DNA from: Schizochytrium sp. TIO01
Taxonomy: Eukaryota; Protista; Bigyra: Labyrinthulomycetes
Length of the DNA: 64,000 nt
Direction: 5' to 3'
Assembly: GCA_004764695.1 (NCBI GenBank)
Contig: SMSO01000006.1
Span: 1,379,859-1,443,858, forward strand
Shown: positions 54,055 to 64,000 of the stretch, piece by piece
Numbering within the stretch: position 1 is the first letter of the stretch
How the letters are laid out: each line of letters opens with the position of its first letter
The notes under the pieces: generated by a model
Seen by the model: only the letters and a program-made list of their open reading frames with translations
Told to the model about the DNA's origin: nothing
The model's database searches: none
Translations under genes and position numbers: made by a program

Positions 54055-55983
54055 TCAGAACAGCAGATCGCTAATGGCAAGCTTGATAACCCAGAGGATG
54101 AACTGCATGGTGCTACCAAGTCCACCAATGCGGAAGGCCGTGAGAAGACCGGCGAGCTGGGCGCAGGGCTGGCCACAAAGCAAGGTATCCTCACCGGTGA
54201 GCCAGAGACCCGGGATAGGACTCTGCATGTCGAGCAAGTCTTCGGTCTTGTCGTCAGAGAAGCGAGCCGGGGTAACATCGAGACCGATGGCACCGCCACC
54301 GGGCTTGTTGAGGAAGAATTTGACGGAGAGCGGAGTGGAAAGATCGTTGAGCTCGATCTTATCCTTAAGCTCAGGGTAGCGCTCGAGGAAGAAGCCAACA
54401 AGGCGGTCTTGCCACTCCTTCTTAAGAGTCTCGTACTCACCACCAGCAGGGTGCTTTCCGTTCTCACACTCCCACTTGTCGAACCAGCTGCTCTCGGCAA
54501 GAGCAAGGAGCTGGCAAGTAAGACGCTCCTTTTCGCCAGCCTTGCAAGCACGGTCCTTGATGGACGGAAAGGTGATCATCATAGGGATGGCCTTGGACTC
54601 CATAGGGTTCTTGAAGTATTCACGAACACCATCAAAGAGGTCATAGCCGTTGCTTTCGTAGCACGGGTGCACCCAGACGTTGCTGCATCCGATGCCGTAA
54701 TCCTTCGGGTTAACCTTAATACCAAGGTTGGCCATGACCCAGGATGAAGAGTTGGTAAGAGTCTCGGGGAGCTCGTAGGTCTCCTTGTTATCCGGGCCAA
54801 CGACCTTGCGAGCATATCCTTCGGGAATGGCATCCTTGGGCAGAAGACGAAGGTAGGTGTTGCCGTATCCACATCCAGAAATAACCATAGGTGCGCGGAT
54901 CTCGTCACCGTTCGTGAGCCTGACTCCGACAGCCTTGCCATTCTCAAGCATGATCTGCTCAACGCGAGCACGCATGAGCACGCGGCCTCCTGCACCCTCG
55001 ATACTCTGGATGAGCGTGGTGGCCATGAGCTCTGCACCTCCAGTCGGGTATGCACCTCCGCGCTGGGGGAATCCAACAGAGAGAGCTGCTGTCATCATAA
55101 AGGTTGCCTGGTCGGGAGGGCATCCAGAGTCCATCCAGAGTCCGTTAAGGAGAGCTCCGAGTTTCGGGTTGGAGACCATCTCCTTGGTGACGTCCTCTCC
55201 AGTGCGAGCAGAGTAAGCCGTGAATGTCTTGAGGAAGAGGTTCTTGAACTTCTTGCGAGCCCAGCGCGGCATGGCCTTGGAGATCGCCCACAGAGGCACA
55301 GTGTTGTTGATCGAGTTACAGAGCTTGAGGAAAGCATCCATTTCCTTCTGGTCCTTGGCATCAGGGAACATCTTGCGCAGGGTGTCGAGGTGCTTCTCGC
55401 CATACCTAACGCGAAATCCGTCCTCCTTGACATCGCCAAGCACGACCTTGTCGAAGCAGTCGTCCTCCTCACCAAGCTTGTCGAACTCCACGGGCTTCTG
55501 GCGCGTACCACATGCAAGCTGGATCATTTCTCCACTCTCAGGAATGGTGTAGTGCAGACCAGAGTCAAAGTTGTAATCAGTCTTGCCGTCCAGAACGAAG
55601 GTGTGGGTACCACCACCGGCCATGTCGTGCTGCTCCAGAACGAGCACGCGCTTTCCGAAACGGGCCAAGGTAGACGCGCAGGTGAGGCCACCCATGCCAG
55701 AGCCAATCATGATGGCATCCCAAGGGCCATCATCACCAGCTTTGGCTTTGGTGTAACGCTCGTGGAGAATACCACGACGGGGCTTTCCGGAGGGAAGCTC
55801 ACGGAATTTGAGAGCAAGAGGAGAGAACGCAAGCGCTCCAATGACAATCAGTGTGCCGGCAATGCCAAGGGACACAAGACCGATACTGTCGCGAACGACA
55901 TCAAGGGCACCGCCCTTCGGCATTGCATAGTGGGCCAGGAGGACGGCCATTGTCACAATCACGAGAGGAACTGTGGCACCCAT
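54055..55983 (-). CDS. All-trans-retinol 13,14-reductase-like (RETSAT / CrtI-CRTISO superfamily) FAD oxidoreductase with N-terminal membrane anchor
   Basis: WDAIMIGSGMGGL..LVLEQHDMAGGGTHTF..FDSGLHY Rossmann start, GAYPTGG, STPLS and the C-terminal SPIPGLWLTGED. ATG at 55983. Confidence 0.9.
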   Translation of the reverse strand: MGATVPLVIVTMAVLLAHYAMPKGGALDVVRDSIGLVSLGIAGTLIVIGALAFSPLALKFRELPSGKPRRGILHERYTKAKAGDDGPWDAIMIGSGMGGLTCASTLARFGKRVLVLEQHDMAGGGTHTFVLDGKTDYNFDSGLHYTIPESGEMIQLACGTRQKPVEFDKLGEEDDCFDKVVLGDVKEDGFRVRYGEKHLDTLRKMFPDAKDQKEMDAFLKLCNSINNTVPLWAISKAMPRWARKKFKNLFLKTFTAYSARTGEDVTKEMVSNPKLGALLNGLWMDSGCPPDQATFMMTAALSVGFPQRGGAYPTGGAELMATTLIQSIEGAGGRVLMRARVEQIMLENGKAVGVRLTNGDEIRAPMVISGCGYGNTYLRLLPKDAIPEGYARKVVGPDNKETYELPETLTNSSSWVMANLGIKVNPKDYGIGCSNVWVHPCYESNGYDLFDGVREYFKNPMESKAIPMMITFPSIKDRACKAGEKERLTCQLLALAESSWFDKWECENGKHPAGGEYETLKKEWQDRLVGFFLERYPELKDKIELNDLSTPLSVKFFLNKPGGGAIGLDVTPARFSDDKTEDLLDMQSPIPGLWLTGEDTLLCGQPCAQLAGLLTAFRIGGLGSTMQFILWVIKLAISDLLF

Positions 55984-56221
55984 GGTTGCTGACAAGAAGT
56001 CTTTCGTTTAGTGGCAGCCCAACGAAGCGTCGTGGAATGCGAGGCACCAAAGTTAAAGATGTCTCGCTAGTGCAGCAAGCAGCCACACGCAAGCTCGAGC
56101 GAGGTGAGCAACCTAGCTGGGCACAGCCGAGAGCACGAGCCTCGCTGCAGACGAGGACCGGCTGTCGCGGACAGAAGATGACTCCCGTTCCTATTTCGTG
56201 TTTGTTTGCAAGCTTGCTTGT

Positions 56222-56253
<32 letters not shown>

Positions 56254-56556
56254 CTGGCAGTGGTAGTAAGTAGTGCACAGATCGGATGATGATGCTGAGT
56301 CAGCGAATGCGCAATAGCAAGCGAATCACTTTAAACTTACAAAAAGATTTTAAGAGCATAATGAATCATTTACAGTAAAAGAGTGAACTTTCGTCAGCCA
56401 TTTTCTCATCCATCCTCTTCAGTTTACCTTGAAACAAACTATCTCCACTACCTATCCTGCAGTCCACAACTGACAGCACCTAGCTATACCTACCTGCTAC
56501 CACCGGGAGAACAAAAGAACGAGCAGCTGCTCCAGCCTTAGCTCAGCTTGGGCGCA

Positions 56557-56588
56557 GAGTGAGTGAGTGAGTGAGTGAGTGAGTGAGT
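56557..56588. repeat. (GAGT)n microsatellite
   Basis: Directly visible. Confidence 0.95.
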
Positions 56589-57454
56589 GCGTTAGTTATT
56601 TAGTTATCGACGGGTTCTCTTCCCCGAAAGAAGTCTTCTAAGTAAATAAATAAAAAATAAATAAATAAATAAATACTTGCCAGCTCATGAAATCGCCAAT
56701 CTCATTCATTGCAAACAAACAAAGTGAGCCTCTCGACCCATCAATCAGTCGATGCCAATCAACCAATAAACATCAGCAGATGGGATGTCTTGTCTTGATT
56801 GATGTTGCTTGGAGCCCTATAGTTCCCATCCTCATCTATCTCTCTTATCGTATCATCCTCACTAATGCTCTCACAACTGTGCGCTAGCAGTGTCCTACCG
56901 CCGCTAGCGCTCCCCTGAAAGATGGCGTGGCGCAAACATGCGAGGAAAGCACTCAGCGCACGTGGGAATGCGCGCTTCCTCGGGCCTGCGCAGGCCCCGC
57001 CGCCGCCGAGAGGCTCGCTCGCTCGCTCGGAGGCCGCTGCAGAGGCCTCCCCAGCCCCTGCCACGCGTACGCAGCTAGCTGCCTTCGCCACAGCCTTGCT
57101 TGCTTGCGTGCGGGCTTGCCTCGGGTTTGGTCTCCGATCGACGCGCAATCATTGGAGGGGCACCTTGCGAGTTTATAGGGGTGAGCACACCCCAAAGCCG
57201 TTAAGTTTGTGTGCTGCTTGGAGAGCTCATATCTCGATACTTCCGCAGTGCCCCCCAGCTGCGCTGCCTGTTGAAGCTTGCTTTATCAGATAGAAAGAAG
57301 CCCAAGAACAAGATCAGCAGGTGCCTTGGAGAGATAGCTAGCTGGGCTGCAGCGAAGGAATACACTCGCGAAGAGGGCAGAGGATGCTCGGCGGGTGGCT
57401 TCGCTCCCTTTCCCGGGCTGCAGCGGGACCTCAAGGCCTGGCGGCTGCTTCTTC

Positions 57455-57690
57455 GTTCATTCATTCATTCATTCATTCATTCATTCATTCATTCATTCTA
57501 ATTCATTATTCATTTATTCATACATACATTCATTAATTTTAACTAATTAATTAATTCATTCATTCATTCTAATTCGTTTCTTCAAACATTCATTAATTAT
57601 AACTAATTAATTATAACTAATTAATTATAACTAATTAATTATAATTAATTAATTATAATTAATTCATTAATTCATTAATTCATTCATTCA
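57455..57690. repeat. (TTCA)n microsatellite merging into an AT-rich 14-bp tandem array (AACTAATTAATTAT)n
   Basis: Directly visible; contains multiple TTAATTAA palindromes. Confidence 0.9.
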
Positions 57691-60228
57691 AAGAAACGAC
57701 AATTAGTACTACTCCTATCAGCGCTAGCCTTGCTGTTAGGCAGGTCCTACGCATGCCCACAGACGGAACAGCATATCAACAACCGGGTCCCTGACAGATC
57801 GCGGCCTCCTATCGTATTCCATAGGACGCTGCTATCCATGCCCCCAGAGCAGTCCTAGCCGAATGGATAGCGAGGCCTACTCTTGGTATTTTGCAGTATG
57901 ATGATTGTTTTCGGACGGAGGTCTTAAAATGGAAGAGAGAGGGTGTCCTAAAAGGGTCGGCAGCCCAATCTCGATACTGACAACCTCATATGGAAACCTA
58001 CCTCCTCGCTTCCGGCCCTGGAGGAGTGGGCGGGTGGAGGATGGCCCATACTGCTAGTCGTCGAACGGAGCTCGCTCGTCGCAGCGGGATAGATCTATTT
58101 TGCAGAGGGTGCTGACGATAAACATCGCAGTCCAATGCGGTACAAATTGAAGTCGTAATGCACAAGAACACCATTTTCATTGGAAATAGCAGTAGAAGGG
58201 AGGTGATTAATACAGATAGTAGACTTCTACTCCAAGCTACGTAATGGAGCACGAGGAGGAGGACAGTTCAAGCTTCATCCTGACTTAGGATGTATCTATC
58301 AACGAAGCTAGAAGTTGCGGTTTCCGAGGCCCTTTTTCGCTCAGGTCTCTGATTCTTGTTCATCGCCTGTCTTCTAAACTACTTAATAATAGTACGATTG
58401 AAGTTCTGCGGTAAGTTGTTCTGTTATTTCGTCAAATACGCCTACTGTACTTCTGAATGGTGGTGATTCGTGAATGATTATGGAAATGCTCCTTTCTTTG
58501 TCTTAGGTGTTTAGGAGTGTGTCCTTCAGGTTCGACGATGACCTGCTTTGGCTTACTACTGAAGTGAGTGGATTAGGGGAATGCGGAGAAAGCGCCATCA
58601 TGAATCAGCACGACTTCGTATGGTTCATCGCAGAGGACTCGTGAAGAAAAAAAAAGAAGAAGGAAAACTTGCTAGCGAACTCGCTCGCTCGCTCACTCCT
58701 ACTGCTATCCTTCTAACTTGCTTGAGCTTGGCTGTTGCTGGAGGCTCAATGATAAAATTGTCGAACAGTTCCAGGAATAAGTCGCTTTTACAGGTATAGT
58801 ACCTATTCTCAATTGGCAGGGCTCTATGCAACGTGGTTCGGGGGCATTAAAAAAATGAAGTAAAATCAACTTTGATGAGGAGATATAATTCGACGATTAT
58901 GATTGGGATGATTGGAAGTTGAACCGACAATTAGAATGATGAAGTTCAAGTAAAAGTTTTGGTAGCTAAGATGTCACCACTCTCCGGTATTAGGAATAGA
59001 TGAGCCCTTTGAAAGCTGACCTCTTCTGAGGTTCAGACAGGGGCAGTGTGCACCTCCTCAGCTGTGGCTATCAGGACTTCAAGCGATAATACTTTGACGA
59101 CCCCAACCAACTTGAGATCGTCAGCAACGACACACTGATCGATGATCCTTCCGGTCCAGGACAGATCCACAGCCCGGTTACCTCAACATGAAATAATATC
59201 TAAGTGTGAGTTGCCTTTCTGTGTCGTGTCATTCGACTCCTTTGATAACTCACGTGGCCCTGAATGGCGCTGATTATTGCTTGCAATAATCCTAACTTGA
59301 TGATCGCGAGAGTTCGTTTTCATCTTTGCAGAAACCAATCAAAGCATAGTGAACTTTAAGTTCTACCGACACAAAGGAATCTCAACTCCTGCGCCTACAA
59401 AACCGGTGCTGGGTATATGCAATAAGACGATGGTAACTACTGAGGGATAAGTTTGAACCTGCCACTTTCACTAGTCAGAAGTAATAAATTAATGTCATTT
59501 AGCTTGTGTAAAACTCAAGCCAAAACGATCACGAATTACGTCCTGCTGTTGGAAGAGATTACACATAATTCCTGCCAAGGAATATGAAGGCCTCTCTCTT
59601 TAGTCAGTACAGGGTAGTGTATATGTACCATCATCACAGTGCATTTCTTCGAAAGTAGAGAGGAGGCCGCTGGACATCACAAAAACCTACCCAGTCAATT
59701 AGCTTACAGAACATTGTGCATTTTCTGTGGTCGGCAATCAGCACAGGAAAGTATCTAAAACTTTACTTCAACAACCGAATGCTTTTGAGGGCAACATATA
59801 TCTTCAGTTGGAGGTGCCCTACCTGTCGTGGCATAAAGGGGCAGCACCATGGGGATTTCCAATAGCTTTTCAGGCTTCTCTGGTAAAGGAAAACAGGTTC
59901 ATAACTTTAGCCTACCTACAAACCAGTAGGATTACTCTTAACCTTAACGATTTAGATCAGTGGTTATACGCATTGCTTGCCAGCCTCGAGAATGTTTTTG
60001 AAGGTTATCCCACACCACTTGGTTTCTCTTCGGTTTTTTGATAATCAACATTCATGAATTTAAAAAACAGAAACGACATATATATACATACTATATATTG
60101 TGTCGCATGAGAGAGAAAGGTGCCCTGGTCTACATAGGTTGATCTGCTTGTCTTTTTATTCGCCCACTGTATTGGAGAACCTTATCGTCCTTCTCGACCA
60201 CACTGGTTTGGGAATAATTTGGATGGCG

Positions 60229-61140
60229 CTAGATCTGAAATCCAATCAGGCTCGAGCTGTAGTATTTGCGATGAATGACTTCGTTCAAAAATGCTCGAGC
60301 AAAGCTCATAGTATCACTGTACTGGGCCTTGAAATTTTGTACATTAATGATCTCATGCGCGAGGTGCTTATTGCAATCTAGTCGCGGCAAAATGACAGGT
60401 GGGGAACAACAGCTTACATATTCAACAACTTCTTGATTGAAGGAATTGTAGGCATCGATGAGAGCCACTACGCCTTGGCATGCATTCATGTCAACTCTTG
60501 GTGCTTTTTCAAGGATTATTTGGATTAAATGATTGTTCATGGTGCGTACGGCAATGTCAAGAGGGTAAATGTCTGAAACAAAGTTGCTTTGTTTATTGAT
60601 TGCAGACCCACGTCGAGGATTTCCACTCAGGGCATTGACATCTGCGCCATATTTAAATAGAAGCTTTACAAGGCTGATGCGCTGCATATAGATTGCACGT
60701 ACAAGAGGTGTAACTGTGCGTGCCCCGTAGCAGTTCACATGGCAATAGTCTACGTTTGCTCCGTGATCTAAGGCTATTTTCGCCATGCAAAGGCCTGTAT
60801 ACGAACACATGAGAGGCGCAGTATATAAGAAACCTGACATTATATCTTGCAGCCTCAGTTTATCATTTTTGTAGTATTCCAAAATTCTCTTCATTTCTGC
60901 CATCAGGCGATTATGTCCAATTCTACCATCTGTATCGTCCATTTCCTCGAGAGAGCAAAACCCTTGTATCGTGATTGCAGAGACGCTAGCTTCCACAGCT
61001 TCGTGGACCTCTCCATTGACTTCATTAAGTATTCCACAGTCCTCAAGAGTAGGCCTGGAGTCCTCACAAGTACTCACGTCGCGCTCGTACTTTCTGAAGG
61101 CCTTTAAGACCCCTGCACGAGAACATGTTAAAGACGCCAT
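60229..61140 (-). CDS. Ankyrin-repeat protein, possibly the surviving 3' part of a longer disrupted gene
   Basis: ALDHGANVD, TPLVRAI...LVKLLFKYGADVN and YPLDIAV..LIQIILEK are ankyrin-type repeats. First ATG at 61140. Confidence 0.7.
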   Translation of the reverse strand: MASLTCSRAGVLKAFRKYERDVSTCEDSRPTLEDCGILNEVNGEVHEAVEASVSAITIQGFCSLEEMDDTDGRIGHNRLMAEMKRILEYYKNDKLRLQDIMSGFLYTAPLMCSYTGLCMAKIALDHGANVDYCHVNCYGARTVTPLVRAIYMQRISLVKLLFKYGADVNALSGNPRRGSAINKQSNFVSDIYPLDIAVRTMNNHLIQIILEKAPRVDMNACQGVVALIDAYNSFNQEVVEYVSCCSPPVILPRLDCNKHLAHEIINVQNFKAQYSDTMSFARAFLNEVIHRKYYSSSLIGFQI

Positions 61141-61920
61141 TGACGAGAACACTGGTTGCCCCTCTTTAGCCTTTCAGCCCAGTTCGCCTCGCTTGCTCGC
61201 CACGGAGATCTCCGATGCTCGAAGTTGCGGTTTTATACACCCTCCTGGTCGTGCCGATCTTATCAATACACACTGCCCATCTAAATTTTGTAAGTGAGCA
61301 AGAGCGCCTCTTGAGAGCGCCTCGTTTTTATTTCTTTTATCTACCGAAAGGGGTCTGTCTATTTTCTCCGTGACTTGAGCGCTCGATTGTCTGATCACTC
61401 TATGATGTTTGCCAATGTTTATTATCAATGAACAACCTCTTCAACGCGTGTTACTGCTGGTCTGCCACACCCGCTTGATATCAACCCGCTTGATATCAAC
61501 TACGAAGTCGTCCTCGTCAATCATCTTTCTGGATATCCATTGTTTTTGGAAGAGTGAGGGAAGGATTCTATTCGGCATCAAATGACCAAGTAGCGCTCTC
61601 AGCTAGCGCACAATCACCTCAGGTCCTGCAGGCATGGTTGGCACCCATGGGAGCGACCATGTTTGCGTAGCGAGCCTCCAGAAGAAGCTGAATCTGCACA
61701 AGCTCTGCCGTTGCAAACGCCGATCCTCCATTTCAGTTTCCGGGAAGTTGCGCTCTCAAAAGAGAGCAAGGCATCAGGCGGGCAGTCCTAGCGTTGAATA
61801 GTCTACTTCTACTCACCCTCTCAACAGCTTTCGATCTTCAAGTTCTTCCCTGAGGGCTCGACATAAATCAGCCTTGCGGACTTGGCCGTGGAGACGCCTT
61901 TCTCGCTGCCAGGGCCCTCT
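61141..61920 (-). pseudogene. Decayed in-frame upstream extension of the ankyrin ORF
   Basis: ORF 61174-61428 lies in the same frame as the ankyrin ORF, separated by one TGA. The frame continues upstream as coding-like text with isolated stops (RALREELEDRKLLRG*VEVD...MIDEDDFVVDIKRVDIKRVW) and includes an in-frame 15-bp duplication at ~61470-61499. Confidence 0.4.
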
Positions 61921-62820
61921 CGCCTCTTGCTCCACGAAGTGCTGTCCTGCGACCAGCGTCGAGGCCGTGCCTGCCGCAGCCTTGTAGATCTAGCTCTAGC
62001 CAGGTGCCTTTCGAGGCTGCGCAGAAAGCCCCTTCAATATTACCTGTGCCACTCTCTCTTGGACTGTTGCCGTCGCCGCCGCCGTTCGAGCTGCGGCGAC
62101 TTTGCGGGTGGATATCCGTGAGAGCGGATGCCTCTGCGGCCCTGGCCCGCCTCCGCCAGCCGATCGCAGACGGTTTGCATGGACGCGCTCCCGATTGCGT
62201 CCTTGATCCACGGAGCGAATCTGTTTCTACGCAGCGATGTCCAAATGAACCATTTTCAAATCATCACCTCCATTTGGAACGTTCCGTTCCTTTTTCCTGG
62301 CGACGGCTGTTCTTTCCGAGTAGTAAAAGTAGAAAGGAAAGCACATATGCCGGATTGAGGCGTGTCATTGGAGGTCTCAGAGCCTGCGTGGAGCAGTGAG
62401 GCTTGGCTGTGGCAAGCAAAGGGGGTCTGCGGATGTCCATTGCGTGGGCTTAACGCAGCTTTTCAAGGCCTGTCTTGAGCAGAGGCGGAAATCGTGGGGC
62501 AGCTTTTTATGGAAAATCGTGCCATTCCGCTTCGAAAGAAGGAATCGTTATTTCTATTACTTTTTCTTTCTTTCTTTCTTTTCTTTTTCCAACGTTTTAA
62601 TTTCTCATTTTCATTGTTTAAATTAAATTTTACAACAAATTTAAACGTTTTTTTTTTTTTAAAATAAAAAGTAAATTTAGTTTACAAATGTTTTGAAGAT
62701 AAAAGACAGAAATGTACTCCATCCCTACTACCGCAGGTACAATCATAAATAAATTATTGAATGAATAAATAAATAAATGCTTATATATAGAGAAACATTC
62801 AATCAATCAACCAACCAAAC

Positions 62821-63017
62821 TATTGAAGTAATATACAGCTACTGTCTAACCTAACCTAACCTAACCTAACCAAGCTCTCCTATCCACACATTAACCTGCC
62901 TGTATGCAGACCTGAAACCCCGATAACTCATATATCATCCTCTTTCTCTTTCTCCTGAGTTCGTCATCCTTGTCAGACTACCTCTCCACGCTTCACAGCA
63001 CAGGCTACTCTGCAATA
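62821..63017 (+). repeat. Putative ~197-bp 5' LTR with TATTG...CAATA inverted termini
   Basis: The sequence directly before the PBS ends in CAATA, and the nearest complementary TATTG is at 62821. The partner LTR is outside the window, so the left boundary is unconfirmed. Confidence 0.5.
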
Positions 63018-63030
63018 GGTTATGGGCCCA
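63018..63030 (+). promoter_or_regulatory. Primer-binding site complementary to the anticodon arm of initiator tRNA-Met (half-tRNA, Hemivirus/copia-type priming)
   Basis: GGTTATGGGCCCA matches the PBS motif known from Drosophila copia-type elements, and it sits between the putative LTR and gag. Confidence 0.75.
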
Positions 63031-64000
63031 AGATACGCCAGGAAGACTCGAGCGTAACAACTCGTTTCCTAGACATCTTGAAGATCAGACGAGCTCAACA
63101 TCAGAGATAGAGTAAACTTTTTCGAAATAAGACTTCCTACGGAAAACTATACTCAGCCCTCAAGCAAGTCAACATGATGACTCCTGGAGGCAGCAAGAAG
63201 AGCAATAAGCTCAAGAAGAAACAAGAAGCTGCGGACCAAGCGGCGAACATCAAGAAACAGAGTCCCGACTCTGATGAAGACATACGTGAAGAACTACGAA
63301 AGCTTAAAGAAAAGCTAGCAGTAGATTGAAGCTTGCACTGACCCTAAGAGACAACGTCTACTTGACAGTGCACTTTACGCCTTACTCAGAAATCAAGCTG
63401 GCACAGATTTTCACGAACGACTACAACAATATGGTAAATCTCACCGTGGCGGTGAAGGACGTGCTGCCTGGGCACAACTTCAAATCGCATTTAAGAAACA
63501 GCCTGGTGAAATCAACATCAACAAGGTTTCAGCACTCGTACAATGTTTTCAGCAATACCTTAACAATTCTTTTGAGAACATGTCAGAAGACGAAGTCATG
63601 ACATGGTTTCTGAAACTGCACAACACTCAGTTAGACGTGTTAGCTACTGGCATGACGTTACATGATTACATGTTTATCCTTAACCTTTTACCACGTATTC
63701 GTTACATGGGTCCACAAACAACTGCGATCTATGGCAAAGCAATTAAACTCAAAGAGTATAGTAAAGAATTGTTTCAAGAGTTACGAAACACGGAACGGGA
63801 AGTTGCACAACAATGCACACTTAAAGGCAAAAGTGGCTATTCTGCTGGGAACCCTGAACCCACACATCTACAAGCAAACTCCTTTCACCCTTCCGGAATA
63901 AGTTCAAGCGTCAAAAACGACCTACATCTCAAAACAACAATTCCGGGGGAGCACAACAACCCTTTCCTCAAAGGAATAAATGCTCACACTGTGGTTATTC

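Larger units (their letters stand above)
62821..64000 (+). mobile_element. 5' end of a decayed Ty1/copia LTR retrotransposon (truncated by the window edge)
   Basis: PBS-like GGTTATGGGCCCA at 63018-63030, then a frameshifted gag: IEACTDPKRQRLLDSALYALL...GEGRAAWAQL (63325-63480, copia gag-like). The start of a zinc knuckle, C-S-H-C-G-Y, is at 63981-63998. Confidence 0.8.

Noticed and set aside
53790-55992. Several 100-250-aa ORFs overlapping the RETSAT-like gene (similar ones overlap the AKR and the 37233 gene)
   Set aside because: Alternative-frame or antisense shadows caused by high GC3.
58933-59034. Possible box C/D snoRNA (ATGATGA ... CTGA)
   Set aside because: Terminal stem is only ~3 bp and I cannot identify a convincing rRNA guide. 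The surrounding sequence reads more like decayed coding DNA. A snoscan or Infernal hit would be needed.
1-64000. tRNA, rRNA, snRNA genes and CRISPR arrays
   Set aside because: The GTTCGA-type words found lack cloverleaf context, and I saw no conserved rRNA/snRNA motifs or repeat-spacer arrays. A tRNAscan-SE/Infernal run would be definitive.

Overview
Eukaryotic DNA with long intron-free ORFs and microsatellite-rich intergenic regions. The style suggests a stramenopile protist, probably a thraustochytrid (Aurantiochytrium/Schizochytrium-like); this is inferred, not proven. There are about 12 protein-coding genes: OFD1-like, a giant ORC5, a DENN-domain protein, a Myb/SANT-like protein, RPF1, an acidic beta-rich orphan, a RING-BRCT (BRCA1/BARD1-like) protein, a Kv-beta-type aldo-keto reductase, an ABHD/YheT hydrolase, an orphan membrane protein, a RETSAT/CrtI-family flavoprotein and an ankyrin ORF. 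The right edge holds the 5' end of a decayed Ty1/copia retrotransposon that the ORF track missed. The standout is the ORC5 gene. An intact ORC5 (AAA+ and C-terminal domains) is fused in one 8.3-kb open frame to a ~2200-aa N-terminal extension carrying about 13 dispersed copies of a ~60-aa W/GW/Y-P module with MBD-like spacing. This may be an undescribed origin- or chromatin-targeting arm, analogous to the AT-hook arm of S. pombe Orc4. All assignments come from motif recognition by eye; no database searches were run.
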